Assembly (NCBI GenBank): GCA_049513715.1
Contig: JBEKVV010000001.1
Location: forward strand, 256,001 to 320,000
Source of the DNA: Candidatus Bathyarchaeia archaeon
Lineage (GTDB): Archaea > Thermoproteota > Bathyarchaeia > 40CM-2-53-6
Length of the DNA: 64,000 bases
Direction of reading: 5' to 3'
Part shown: piece after piece, positions 27,532 to 38,230 of the stretch
How the letters are laid out: every line of letters starts with the position of its first letter
Position numbering within the stretch: position 1 is the stretch's first letter
The notes under the pieces: model-generated
What the model was told of the DNA's origin: nothing
Seen by the model: the letters and a program-made list of their open reading frames with translations, nothing else
The model's database searches: none
Made by a program: the position numbers and the translations under genes

Positions 27532-28360
27532 TTATCGCCTGGCACGGGGAGTTAAGTGCAGTCCTGTAGATACAATACTGAAAAGGAAAACAAGATACAA
27601 CCACACGTTCACGCCTGACCAATTTACGTTTGAAGCATAGCGCGCCAGCGCAGTCAATTCAAGTAAACCGAAGGCAACGTAACTCACTGAACCAGACCTG
27701 ACTCGTGTATAGTCCCTCTCTACGAGGGAATGTGAAGCGAAAATCCCAATACCCACCAACCACGCGCCGACCGCACGGGCCGTCAGAGGCGTAAGCTTCC
27801 ACAGCCAAACGCCAGCGAACATGGATGGAAACGTGAACAACCCCACCCCAATGACCAGCATGACGAACGCTTGAACGCCCAGAACCACGAGCAACCAAGA
27901 AGGAATAGGCATCTTCCGGGACGAATCGGAGCCCTTCTTCAACGCCTGTCGAAACAAGGCAAGGATCATTGCTGGAGGAACTAAACGCGTAGATCCCCAA
28001 CTATAACCATGCAGCAGCATTTGCGAAGGGGCTCGGGCTTCCAAAGTGAAATCGGTCTAGGTGGAGCAGTGTTGCCACAAGCGTCAAGGTTATGAATGCG
28101 AAAACCGCAGGGATCGCGATCCGCGCGTTCGCCCACTCTTTCTCTCGCGCCGCAAGGAACTCCATAAGGAAGCTGGCGAAGTATCCGGCGCCTAGGAAGG
28201 CTGCGGTAAGCGGAGGCTGAATTGTCCACGCAAAATAGAGGTCAGTCTGCTCGGTCAAAGTGAAAAGTTGGAATCCTGCCAGGAAGACAAGAGCGCTTGC
28301 AGCCAAGAGTAAGAGGCGCATACTCATCGTCAGCGGGACCGTGGTTCCTGAACCAGCCAA
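27532..28360 (-). pseudogene. Disrupted multi-pass membrane protein
   Basis: ORF 28001..28360 ends AAWL-TAG, continues LGIYA in frame, then shifts into LVPPAM.. of ORF 27532..28044; both halves share a W...PLTA...GA motif. Confidence 0.7.
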
Positions 28361-28691
28361 CCAGAATCAACATTCCCGAACGATGTTTGAACTTAAAGGT
28401 CGGTGTATAACTCGTTCGGGTATCAAAAAGAACCCAAAACGAAATGGAACCGCTGAAGTGTTGAGTTTGGCACATTTGCCCACTTCTTTATGGTAAATGC
28501 TTGGATGCGATAACGCGTACAGACTATGCCTCAGACCGCGGATGCAAGCTTCTGAATTCGCAACTTGCGGGGCGAAGGGCGGATTGAGGCATGTCAGCTG
28601 CAACAGGTTCCCTGAACGGCCCGCCCGGCTGAAAAAACATTAATGCGGGGTCCTTGCAGAAAGCAACCTCTCAGAGCAGGGTGGTTTTGGT

Positions 28692-29894
28692 TTGGAAGGT
28701 CCATTTGCGGAAGCTGTTCAGCTCGCTGGCCGACTGCGTAAGCTGAGTGAAGGTCAATTGAAGATTCTTGAGCGTGTAGATGAGGCCTCTCAAGAGCTGT
28801 ATCTCCCTGAGTTTGAGCATTACCTCGCCCACAAATACAATGAGGAAACGCCCAAGATTCTGAAAAAGTACGGTTTGATGGGTCTTACAGTCTCCTCAGA
28901 TTTCGGGGGGCTCGGTGCTGATTCTCTGACTTGGGCTCTGGCCTTGGAGCGGCTCGTAACCTTCGTTGATGTTCATTGCTTGTTGGCGGCGGTAGCGATT
29001 GAACAATGGGGCAGTGATTACCTGAAGAAGCAGTATCTGATTCCAGCGGCGAAGGGCGACAAAATCCTAGCATACGGTTTGACTGAGCCTGAAGCGGGGA
29101 GCGAGCCGACGAGACTAAAGACGAACTACGAGGAACGTGACGGCGGTTATGTCCTGAATGGAACGAAGTACTTGATTTCAAACGGCTCTATCGCGGACTC
29201 CCTGGTCATTTTTGCTTACCCGAAGGGCAAGACGCAGGGCATGTCAGCCTTTGTCGTTGATTCGAAATCTCAAGGGTTCTCGGTGGCAATGCACCTTGAA
29301 GAGAAGATTGGACTGTTCACGTCCGACACAGCCATGCTGGAATTGGCCAATTGCAAAGTGCCCAAGGAAAACCTGCTAGGACAACCTGGAAAGGGACTTC
29401 ACGTAGCCTACTCCGCGCTCTTGAACGGGCGAATCGGCATAGGGTCAGGTTGCGTCGGCGTAATCGAAGACTGCCTGACCGCCGTCATTGAACGCGCAAA
29501 GTCACGAGTCCAACATGGCAAGCTGATTGGGAAGCATCAGTTGATTCAAAGGCACATTTCCAACATCGCTATGAACCTGACAATGGCTCGGTGGCCTACG
29601 TACGTGGCCGCGTTAGAGAAGACCAAGCTGGACGCCGAGCCTGCCAACCTCGAACTACGCAACCAGGTCGATTTGCAGTCAGCCATCGCGAAACGCATTA
29701 CGTCTCGCATGGCGTATGAGAGCGCAGATTTGGCGGTTCAGGTGTTCGGTGGTTTTGGATACTCACTACTTTCACCTGTCGCCAGGCATTTGTGCGATAC
29801 GCGGGTTGCGAGGATTTATGAAGGCACGGACGAGATCATGGAGTTGAAGATTGCCTCCCTAATTCTAGGGAAGGGATTCGAAGCTTATAGTTAG
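28692..29894 (+). CDS. Acyl-CoA dehydrogenase
   Basis: YGLTEPEAGS, LNGTKYLISNG, R.Q.GK.IG.HQ, QVFGGFGY, RIYEGTDEI. Confidence 0.93.
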   Translation: MEGPFAEAVQLAGRLRKLSEGQLKILERVDEASQELYLPEFEHYLAHKYNEETPKILKKYGLMGLTVSSDFGGLGADSLTWALALERLVTFVDVHCLLAAVAIEQWGSDYLKKQYLIPAAKGDKILAYGLTEPEAGSEPTRLKTNYEERDGGYVLNGTKYLISNGSIADSLVIFAYPKGKTQGMSAFVVDSKSQGFSVAMHLEEKIGLFTSDTAMLELANCKVPKENLLGQPGKGLHVAYSALLNGRIGIGSGCVGVIEDCLTAVIERAKSRVQHGKLIGKHQLIQRHISNIAMNLTMARWPTYVAALEKTKLDAEPANLELRNQVDLQSAIAKRITSRMAYESADLAVQVFGGFGYSLLSPVARHLCDTRVARIYEGTDEIMELKIASLILGKGFEAYS

Positions 29895-29898
29895 AAGC

Positions 29899-30354
29899 TC
29901 ACTTGCCTGCCTTGGCTTTCAGGCGGGTCTCCATGTTTTCTACGACCTGCTCGACCATTTTGGTTGAAGTGGAATCCAGCAATTTCGTGCCCAACCCGGC
30001 CATTATTCCACCCACAGTAACATCTGCAACCCAACCAACTTTCGTTGCCGAGTTCGTTTCTTCCAGAGTGAAAGCGGTTTGGATGTCGACTGTGCTTCCC
30101 ACGCCTTTGCCCTTGCCGATTAGTTTGGCCGAACTCGGTGGGGTTTTCTCAGCCGCATGGAAATCAAAATCCATAGTTCCCCTAACTACTGAGAGGCCAA
30201 CCTTCACTTTGGCTTTGAATGAATCGGGGCCTAAGACTTCCAAGGATTGCATATCGGGGAAGCATGGTCCGATGTCATTGGGGTTGAGGAGAAATTCCCA
30301 CACCGTTTGCCGCGGAACGGGGGTCTCAAAGGATCCTTCTAAGTGCATTTTCAT
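29899..30354 (-). CDS. CoxG/SRPBCC family protein
   Basis: LEGSF..PRQTVWEFL..P..I..C.P...GG..A.LG..LL. Confidence 0.82.
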   Translation of the reverse strand: MKMHLEGSFETPVPRQTVWEFLLNPNDIGPCFPDMQSLEVLGPDSFKAKVKVGLSVVRGTMDFDFHAAEKTPPSSAKLIGKGKGVGSTVDIQTAFTLEETNSATKVGWVADVTVGGIMAGLGTKLLDSTSTKMVEQVVENMETRLKAKAGK

Positions 30355-30579
30355 CCACCTAAGCTACGAGTCCTCTTTGCATCAGATAGTTAAATTAGTC
30401 GTGATCGTGGAAGCATGTCGTGAGAGAATGGCGGCATTTTCTACCCGTGGCCGTGCGCCCACCATTTTGCGGTCGCCCCTTCTGCATGGCGAGTCTCAGT
30501 CATGAAACCAGGTTTGGCAGGGCGCTAAGCTATTAATACACTCATTCGCAGATAGTCGCTTGGAATTCAGGGGCCAATC

Positions 30580-31230
30580 TTGGTGAGCTTGACCACCCTA
30601 CTTGCTTTTTGGAAGAAAAAGGAAACCTCTGCCCCTGAGCGAATAATCCTACTCCCAACCATGCCAAGCCCACGTACAGAAACGCCTCGGTCGACAAGTC
30701 AGGAAGCTGTTGGCCGCGCAAGGGAGGACCTGAAAGTTCTCAGGTTGGAAAGGCAAATTCTTGGGTCTGCGGTTACTACGATTTACGAGTCACAAACGAA
30801 GGGCCAGATTAGCCAGGTCGAGAGGGATCGGCTACTGGAAAAGTACAAAGTGGACCTGAAGAGGCTGGAGAAAGCGATCGAAGAGAACCAAAGGGTCGTC
30901 GACCTCTTTGACCTCGAGTCCGCGCGGGATAACCTGATTAGAGATTTCAACGCCAGGATGGCCGATATTGATGCCCGCCTCAAGGACATGAAATCAGGCA
31001 CGAGTTCCATGAGTGTGGCTAAGCAGGCACAAGACCTGAAGCCGGACCCAGCTGAAGACGGGAATAAGAGTCAAGATCAGGCAGACGAGTCCGCGCAAAA
31101 GCAAGCAAATGAAACCAACCCCAAAGAGGACGACCCGGAGATCACTGACGCTGAAAAGCGAGTCAACCAGATTCGCGAGGAAATTCTCAGAGCCATGGAT
31201 CGCCTTGAACAGATCGAAGCGGAAGGATGA
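30580..31230 (+). CDS. Coiled-coil hypothetical protein
   Basis: 216-aa helical charged ORF overlapping the rpiA start. Confidence 0.65.
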   Translation: MVSLTTLLAFWKKKETSAPERIILLPTMPSPRTETPRSTSQEAVGRAREDLKVLRLERQILGSAVTTIYESQTKGQISQVERDRLLEKYKVDLKRLEKAIEENQRVVDLFDLESARDNLIRDFNARMADIDARLKDMKSGTSSMSVAKQAQDLKPDPAEDGNKSQDQADESAQKQANETNPKEDDPEITDAEKRVNQIREEILRAMDRLEQIEAEG

Positions 31231-31931
31231 AAATGTCTTGGGTTGAGGACGCCAAACGCAAAGCTGTCCTCAAAGCCCTTCAGCCCATAAAGAATGGTTG
31301 GGTCGTGGGCGTTGGTAGCGGAACAACGACTGCTTATGCAGTTGCGGAGCTGGCGAGGCTCGCCAGAGGAAGGCATTTGGAGATTTCAGTAGTTCCAACA
31401 TCACATCAAATTGAGAACCTCGCACACGCACACGGACTTCGAACCCTTACAATGAATGAGGCCTACGTGGTCGACTATGCAATTGACGGCGCCGACCAAG
31501 TTGAGCGGCGCTCACTCCATTTGATAAAAGGAGGAGGAGGAGCATTACTCAGGGAGAAAATAGTTGATGCAGCCGCCCAACAACTCGCCATAGTTGTAGA
31601 TGAAACGAAGCTCTCAACGACATTGGGAGGAAAGCAACTGGTTCCTTTGGAGGTTCTCCCATTCGCTCACAAGTATGTGCAAGCTCAGATTGCGAGAATG
31701 GGGGGCCGAGCAAAGCTGCGGGAAGGGACGGGAAAGGTCGGGCCCGTGGTGACTGATAATGGCAATTTCGTGTTGGACGCTGATTTCGGCAAAATTGAGA
31801 AGCCCCATCTGTTAGAGAAGAGGTTGAAAACGATGCCGGGGTTGCTGGAGACCGGCCTCTTCCTAGGTATGGCAGATTTCGTTTATGTCGGCTTGAGGGG
31901 CGGGGACGTGAACGTGCTGTCTCCATCCTGA
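31227..31931 (+). CDS. rpiA: Ribose-5-phosphate isomerase A
   Basis: GVGSGTT, DGADQV, IKGGGGALLREK, TDNGN. Confidence 0.96.
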   Translation: MKMSWVEDAKRKAVLKALQPIKNGWVVGVGSGTTTAYAVAELARLARGRHLEISVVPTSHQIENLAHAHGLRTLTMNEAYVVDYAIDGADQVERRSLHLIKGGGGALLREKIVDAAAQQLAIVVDETKLSTTLGGKQLVPLEVLPFAHKYVQAQIARMGGRAKLREGTGKVGPVVTDNGNFVLDADFGKIEKPHLLEKRLKTMPGLLETGLFLGMADFVYVGLRGGDVNVLSPS

Positions 31932-32068
31932 TTTGACGAATTTCACTTTCTGCAAGTTCTTGACAAGGCAAACCGCCTGCATAACAGGCTTTGGCGCGAT
32001 GTTGGGTCTCATGCGTAAGGTTTTTGCGTCGAAGCGCAGAGGGGGGCGGGTTTAAGGCCTGATTAGAG

Positions 32069-33232
32069 ATGGTATCACGAAACACGTATGTGGCGCTCAA
32101 GACAGAGGTTGTAAAGATAGCTGACTACTACAAGCAAGTATGGCGCACGACGAAACAGATGGACAAGACGACAGTCAGAATCCTCAAAGCCATTCAGAAA
32201 CTGGGCCCCCGGAACCTCTTGGCTGTTTCGCGCTACACTAGGATACCATTCTCATCCGTCTATAACCGCGTAGGAAAGATGGAGGCTCTGAGCGGGCCGA
32301 TCGAGTATACGTTACCAAATGCCTCAAAGTTAGGCTTGGCCACCATGTTTGCTCTGACCTCAGCAAAACCCGGCCTAGAGGAGAATGTGACTCAGGCCTT
32401 GAAGGTGCCCGGCTATTGGCGTATGATTGTGGGCTGCGAAGGAGGGTCCACACATGTTTCCTTCCATTACGTACCCTTCGAGCTTGTGAAGGCCTTTCAA
32501 CAATACTTCAAAGGAATGGTGACGAGCGGCTTAGCCCTCAAGAATTCGGTCGTCATGATAGGGGATTATCTCCCCAACGATGTCAACTATGACTACTATG
32601 ATCCAAGTCGGAAACTCTGGAAGTTCTGCTGGGATAAATGGCTCAACGGTCTGATGAAACGGAAACCAACCAAGACGATAGAAGACCCTGAAAGCTATGA
32701 TGTGCTCGTTGACCGAAAAGACCTCGTGTTAATCAAGGAACTTCAAATCGATGCCAGAAAGAAATTCGTCGACTTGGCGAAGCCCCTCGGGATAACGCTT
32801 CAGGCTGTGAAGTACCGATATGATAAGAAACTTGTGAAACACGGCATATTGGGGGGCAGCGGATTGACAATTCATCCGTATCCGCGAGAGATTGCGGCGT
32901 ACTACCAAATCTTCTGTGAGTTTGCCAGTGCTCCCAAGATGAACAGGTTCTACTCATATCTGAACGAACTATTCTTCGTCGTGGGACGTTCGAAGGCTCT
33001 AAAGCGCAACGCGTTAGTGCTGAGGGTCGCAATACTTGAGTCGCAAGTCTCAAACCTCTTCAGGTTCCTCTCTGAGTTGTGCAGGCGCAACATTCTAACC
33101 TCCTACTCGGGCCTGAGGTTGAGGTACGATACACGAGAAAGACAAGTGATTCCGATTGAGCTGTTCGATGACAAAACGGGCTGGAAGTTCGATTATGGCC
33201 GATCCATGGCAGCCCTAAAGAAACTCGCCTAA
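32069..33232 (+). CDS. Tandem Lrp/AsnC-like HTH protein
   Basis: Two HTH-like segments (VSRYTRIPFSSVYNRV; DRKDL.LIKELQ.DAR....LA..LGITLQAVKYR). Confidence 0.7.
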   Translation: MVSRNTYVALKTEVVKIADYYKQVWRTTKQMDKTTVRILKAIQKLGPRNLLAVSRYTRIPFSSVYNRVGKMEALSGPIEYTLPNASKLGLATMFALTSAKPGLEENVTQALKVPGYWRMIVGCEGGSTHVSFHYVPFELVKAFQQYFKGMVTSGLALKNSVVMIGDYLPNDVNYDYYDPSRKLWKFCWDKWLNGLMKRKPTKTIEDPESYDVLVDRKDLVLIKELQIDARKKFVDLAKPLGITLQAVKYRYDKKLVKHGILGGSGLTIHPYPREIAAYYQIFCEFASAPKMNRFYSYLNELFFVVGRSKALKRNALVLRVAILESQVSNLFRFLSELCRRNILTSYSGLRLRYDTRERQVIPIELFDDKTGWKFDYGRSMAALKKLA

Positions 33233-33575
33233 GGTCCGATTTTTCATTACTCTAAATTTTGTAAATACGTACAGCCTATCAACCATTATTATCTAGCCAT
33301 CTGCGACGGAGATTGGGAATAGCAGAGTTTGCTAGGCTTCACGCAAGTGGAATCTCCCTGCTCCTCTATGCTAGCGTTATTCTCTGGATGTTCTACCTGA
33401 CAAAGAAAGCTGCTGAACAGATCTCTTCAACTCTGCAGTGAGCAAGCAACAGACTCCCGTTACTTGTTCAGAATGATGGATTCGTAACGCCGGACGCGCT
33501 CAGTTTTCTTGCGGTACTCCCCAAACGATTTGGTGCCTGATCTACCATTCCGATCGAGATGAGATACGTCAATAT

Positions 33576-33685
33576 TGGTGCCGGGAGCGGGGTTCGAACC
33601 CGCGGCTTCTGGGCCCACGGCTCTCCAGATTATGAGTTTCGTCCCTTAAGCCTGGCTGGCGCTCTACCAGCTGAGCCACCCCGGC
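33576..33685 (-). tRNA. tRNA-Met(CAT), probably elongator, with two non-canonical introns (33638-33655 at 30/31; 33607-33622 at 45/46)
   Basis: GCCGGGG/TCCCGGC-A-CCA; CCAG^A-CTCATAA-TCTGG; second intron has a clean BHB (CTGG-AGA...CCAG-AAG). Ile2 identity not excluded. Confidence 0.88.
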
Positions 33686-33902
33686 CCAAACCACAAAATC
33701 AAAGCTGTATGTAAAAACGTTCTCCAACAGGCCGAAACCCTTCTGCATGAGGGGAATGTATACACTTCCGGGCCTTTGCATACAGAATTAGGTTTCGTCC
33801 TAACTAGCTGTAAGCAACAAGTTTGAGTTGAAAATGTCCGCGTCTTTGAAAAGTGTTTAATCAGCAGCCACACAAGGTTTAGGCTGCAGGTTTGGGGCGC
33901 AG

Positions 33903-35126
33903 ATGGACCTTGACTACCTGACTCTCGACGACTTCGATTTACGAGACAAACGCGTCCTACTCAGGTTAGATATCAACGCGCCACTCGATCCAAGTACAAA
34001 TCAAATCCTGGATGATAGCCGAATCGTTGCAGCTAGGCCAACTTTGGACGCGCTCGCTCAAGCCAAGGTTGCGGTCCTCTCACACCAGAGTCGCCCTGGC
34101 AAGGGAGATTTTACGTCCCTCGAGCAACACGCACGTATATTACAAGAGAATTGCTCACAGAACGTCAGATTCATCGAAGACATTATTGGACCCGCAGCAC
34201 GTGAGGCCATCAGGGACCTCAAGAGGGGTGAGGTCTTAGTTTTGGACAATGTCCGTCTCTTAGCAGAGGAAACACTGGAGAGATCAGGCGAAAAACTTGT
34301 CCGCACCAATTTTGTCTCCCGTTTGGCGCCGTTGTTCGACCTTTATGTGAACGATGCATTCGCAGCGGCCCATAGGTCACAGGCTTCCCTTGTTGCCTTT
34401 CCATACGTCCTCCCATCGGCGGCAGGGAAGTTGATGGAGAAGGAGCTTCGAGCCCTGAAGCGGTTGCTTGTGGAACCGGGGCGGCCGAGCACATACCTCC
34501 TTGGCGGCGCAAAAGTGGAAGACAAGGTCCCGGTAATCGAGCACATTCTTAGTACAGGTAAAGCCGACCATGTGCTGGTGGGCGGGAATGTTGCAAAAGT
34601 GTTCCTCAAGGCGAGGGACGTGAAGTTCTGCCCGTCAGAAGAGGAGGAACTGGCGAATGTCACCGACGAGGTCATGAAAGCAGGTAGGATTTTGACGAAA
34701 TATCGTGGGCGAGTAATAGTTCCGAAGGATTTCGGCACTGAGAAAAACCGCAAACGCGTGGACATCAAAGTGGGCAAGCTTGCCCGCGCGGGCCGGGCCT
34801 TAGATATAGGAGAGGAAACTGCAGCTGAATTCGCAAACATGATCGCAAATTCAAGAACCGTTGTGGGCAGTGGGCCAATGGGCGTCTTCGAACAGAACGG
34901 ATTCGATGCCGGTACAAAAGCTGTTCTGGAGGCAATGGCGAACTCGGGAGCCTTCACCGTGATTGGCGGAGGTCATATGTCGGGGTTTGCGGGAATCTTG
35001 GGAATCGCAGACAAGTTCTCACACGTTAGCACGGCTGGAGGTGCGATGCTATCACTTCTTGCAGGTGAAGAGTTGCCAGCCATTGCGGCCCTCACGCACG
35101 CTGCGAAGCGGCGCAGAGGGACATAG
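33903..35126 (+). CDS. pgk: Phosphoglycerate kinase
   Basis: RLDINAP, SHQSRP, NDAFAAAHR, GGAKV, GPMGVFE, STAGGA. Confidence 0.96.
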   Translation: MDLDYLTLDDFDLRDKRVLLRLDINAPLDPSTNQILDDSRIVAARPTLDALAQAKVAVLSHQSRPGKGDFTSLEQHARILQENCSQNVRFIEDIIGPAAREAIRDLKRGEVLVLDNVRLLAEETLERSGEKLVRTNFVSRLAPLFDLYVNDAFAAAHRSQASLVAFPYVLPSAAGKLMEKELRALKRLLVEPGRPSTYLLGGAKVEDKVPVIEHILSTGKADHVLVGGNVAKVFLKARDVKFCPSEEEELANVTDEVMKAGRILTKYRGRVIVPKDFGTEKNRKRVDIKVGKLARAGRALDIGEETAAEFANMIANSRTVVGSGPMGVFEQNGFDAGTKAVLEAMANSGAFTVIGGGHMSGFAGILGIADKFSHVSTAGGAMLSLLAGEELPAIAALTHAAKRRRGT

Positions 35127-35176
35127 CACATCCTCTTAGCGAGAATTTTTAGCGGACGCAATGTTAGTCCGCTTGG

Positions 35177-35292
35177 GCCTCGGTGGCTCAGCCTGGCAGA
35201 TGCCCACGGCTTAGGGCACTAGGAAGCAGCCGCCTTGTAAGGGCGTCCTTGAAAGCGGCAGGTCGCGGGTTCAAACCCCGCCCGAGGCTCCA
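35177..35292 (+). tRNA. tRNA-Thr(TGT) with two introns (about 35200-35224 in the D arm; 35240-35253 at 37/38)
   Basis: GCCTCGG/CCGAGGC-T-CCA; GCCGC-CTTGTA^A-GCGGC; T arm GCGGG-TTCAAAC-CCCGC. Confidence 0.92.
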
Positions 35293-35506
35293 ATACGAAT
35301 CGAATCGCTCATCTCTGAGCAGTTTTTCGGCTCTTTTCGAGCAGCACGTCTTCTTGTCTATGATTACACAACCCAGAAAAATGGGCTATGACGTGGAGAG
35401 CTCATCTTAGGAAACTGAAAAGTAACGCTAGTTGACAAAAACTGCTCTTACTATTCTTGTCGGACGAATGTGAGTTAAACGGTCTCCTTCTCCGCGTTAG
35501 TGAGCC

Positions 35507-36307
35507 TCAGGAGCCCTTGTATTCTTGAATTATGTTACCGCCATCGATGACCACGTCATGGCCGGTCATGTATGATGAATCGTCAGAGGCGAGGAACGCG
35601 ACAAGGTTTGCCACTTCTTCAGCTCTACCAGGTCTCTTCATTGGAGTTGAGAGTCCAGCTTTGATCTCTGATTCTAATGAAGAACCAGTCTGGATCCAGC
35701 CGGGAGCTATGGCATTGACAGTTATGCCGAATTCTCCGACTTCAAGCGCCAATGCCTTAGTCAGGCCCGACACGGCTCCTTTGGCTGCGGAATAAGCGCT
35801 TTCACCTGGTATTGATACGAGTGTCCCTGTGCAAGATGACATGTTCACGATTTTTCCATATCTCTGTTTTATCATGAATGGGAGGACTGCTTTGATGCAG
35901 TTGAAGGTTGTTGTGAGGTTAATCGCTATCTGCGAGGACCACTCTTTTTCTGTTAGATCGACAAAGGGCTTTTCGGTCACTCCAGATCCAGACCCTCGCG
36001 GGGCCAGACCTGCAATGTTGGCCAAAATGTCTATGCGTCCATATCTTTCAAGCACACTACGAACCATACCCTGGACGTTAGTCAATTTCGTAAGGTCCAA
36101 ATCGAAAGAGACGACTTGACCTCCAAACCCTTCCAACTCTTTGGCGCGCTGGTGAACTTCTCTCGAGACATCAACAACTGCCAAAGATGCCCCCTCTCGG
36201 GCGAGTCTGGTCGCCGAGGCATATCCTATACCCTTAGGTCCAGCTACTCCGGTAACCAATGCAACTTTGTTTTGGAGATTCATTTTCTTAGTCGATACCT
36301 GTGACAC
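35507..36307 (-). CDS. Short-chain dehydrogenase/reductase
   Basis: VTG..G..GIG, NIAG, YSAAK, VNAIAPG, IDGG. Confidence 0.93.
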   Translation of the reverse strand: MSQVSTKKMNLQNKVALVTGVAGPKGIGYASATRLAREGASLAVVDVSREVHQRAKELEGFGGQVVSFDLDLTKLTNVQGMVRSVLERYGRIDILANIAGLAPRGSGSGVTEKPFVDLTEKEWSSQIAINLTTTFNCIKAVLPFMIKQRYGKIVNMSSCTGTLVSIPGESAYSAAKGAVSGLTKALALEVGEFGITVNAIAPGWIQTGSSLESEIKAGLSTPMKRPGRAEEVANLVAFLASDDSSYMTGHDVVIDGGNIIQEYKGS

Positions 36308-36461
36308 TGTTGAGACTAATGGATTTGTCGATTGGAAGCTCGGTGGGATCGGGAGACTCCGTATTCCTCATCACAATGGATATCGCTGCAAGCGATCAGC
36401 CTCAACTAGATTTGCGATTTGAACCGCCCATGGTCTCTCTTGCGAATCATCGAAAAAGTCC

Positions 36462-37598
36462 TCATTTGCTGTCTACCTTGTAGACCGTTCTTCCTCCATA
36501 CCCAGTAATGACTTTGATATAGCCGCTCAGAATCTTGTCGACTTCGCTGTCACCCGTATCTACTAAGATGGGAGCTCCTATCAATGATGCGAGCTTGCTA
36601 AGTGTGGCAACAACGATTATGTTCTCTTTGCCCGCACTCTTGATTACTTCTGGACTGATCTGTTGATTTCCCCTGCCAAATATGAATCCCTGGTTACCTA
36701 TGACGCTAACGATTATTCGTATTCTCTTAGCGCCTGTTATCTGTAGCAGTTGATTCTCAGTGAGGTCTGAGCCGAGCAATCTGCGGTTGTAAATGGCGTC
36801 AACTCCAAGTAACGTCTTCTTCAATCCAAGTCTTTCCACGATAGGTCGAGTTGTTGTGCCCGGTCCAATGATATATGCGCAATCGTCTTCCATATTGTCT
36901 ATGATGTCGTTCGCGATCGCTTGCGCGGCATATTCTTCCCCAGGAGCAGATCCTGCCTTTGCGCTTTGAACAAGCGTCTTCTCGTAGGGAACTCGAAGAT
37001 AGCCGTACAAGCGAGCCGAAATCCGGTTCTCTCTAAAAGCTTTCTCATCGATGTCCATAACTTCCGCTTCACGAAGGACTGATTGTCTATCCTGCAAGTA
37101 TGCTAGAGCAAGTTCTCCAGCATTCCGTGGATTCACTGCGAACACGCCCGACTGAATCTTGACTCCCGCAGGTATCCCTAGAACGGGTATAGTCTGACCG
37201 ACTGCTTGGTAGATATCTCTCGCTGTTCCATCTCCACCAGCGAAGAGCAGGAGAGATACCTGCAACCTCCCCATTTCTTTAGCAGCGTTCATGGTATCCG
37301 TTGAAGTGGTCTTTCCCCTCTCCGAAGTTGCAAGAATTCTCGGTCTAAAACCACATTCTCGCGCTTCTTCCTCACCCATCTCGTGGGAACATGTTAGAAG
37401 ATCGATACTTTCTTTAATGGGGGCGATTCTGCTGAGGGCCTGGATGGCTCTGCTTGGAGAGATCGGAGTAGCTCCAAGTTGTATTGCCTTCCTGAGGATC
37501 TCTTCTCCATCGCTACCCTTGAGCCCTACTCTGCCTCCCATTCCAGCCACGGGATTTACCAAAAATCCGAGTTTCTTCATTGAGATTAATTCATCCAA
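36462..37598 (-). CDS. ATP-NAD kinase family protein
   Basis: VNPVAGMGGRVGLKGSD, GGDGTARD, GVKIQSG, GRGNQQ, VDTGD. Confidence 0.88.
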   Translation of the reverse strand: MDELISMKKLGFLVNPVAGMGGRVGLKGSDGEEILRKAIQLGATPISPSRAIQALSRIAPIKESIDLLTCSHEMGEEEARECGFRPRILATSERGKTTSTDTMNAAKEMGRLQVSLLLFAGGDGTARDIYQAVGQTIPVLGIPAGVKIQSGVFAVNPRNAGELALAYLQDRQSVLREAEVMDIDEKAFRENRISARLYGYLRVPYEKTLVQSAKAGSAPGEEYAAQAIANDIIDNMEDDCAYIIGPGTTTRPIVERLGLKKTLLGVDAIYNRRLLGSDLTENQLLQITGAKRIRIIVSVIGNQGFIFGRGNQQISPEVIKSAGKENIIVVATLSKLASLIGAPILVDTGDSEVDKILSGYIKVITGYGGRTVYKVDSK

Positions 37599-37629
37599 GA
37601 AAAATCTGGTTTAGTGAACTCTCCTACGC

Positions 37630-38151
37630 TTGGAGGTATCATCGAGTTTCAAGAAAAGGTTCAGGTGGCTTCGGCTATTGGTTGTTCTCCTAATAATTCT
37701 CTTCACGGCTATCTGGTACGTCACCTTCATCGCCTCATTCTTTGGTGTATCCTTCGTCTCAGGCGCTGTGACCGCTATTCTGTTGTCCATGTTCGTTTTC
37801 ATTCTGCCAGGATTCAACGCCTTGTTGCTTCCCTACCGAAGACCGGACCTTTATGAGTTAATACCTCAATCGATGAGGAAGAAATTCGGGATTCCACTAA
37901 TTAGCATCCTAGGTATCATCTGGCTTGTCTTCGTCATTCCCGTCTTCTTCCTCTACGTAATCTGGCCGCTTCTTGCCACCGCCTACGGAGTGCATTTGGC
38001 AGATGTTATCACGTTTGCAGTATCACAAGGCTGGACAACCTTTGCAGCAATAACCATTGCAGGAATCATTATCTACTATGCAGCTAGATGGTACAACGCA
38101 AAACGAGGCATCGACCTGAGCCTCCTCTTCAAGTCCGTTCCTCCTGAATAG
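37630..38151 (+). pseudogene. C-terminal fragment of an APC-family amino acid permease
   Basis: Only about 4 TM helices, ending YY...YN.KRGIDLSLLFKSVPPE as in archaeal APC permeases; N-terminal part missing. Confidence 0.65.
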
Positions 38152-38230
38152 TCTCGGACACACACTCCTAAACCAGGCAGCCCGGGACGCAGAGGGTACT
38201 GACCGAAGGGGAACTGGGTTTAGAACAAGA

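Noticed and set aside
5718..28003. Amber recoding (pyrrolysine) suggested by two in-frame TAG codons
   Set aside because: Many intact genes here end in TAG, the 28001 case also has a frameshift, and no pyl genes are in the window
30580..31230. Possible ESCRT-III/Cdv protein with a MIM1 tail
   Set aside because: C-terminal helix does not fit the MIM1 spacing and no Snf7 or CdvA signature was recognised
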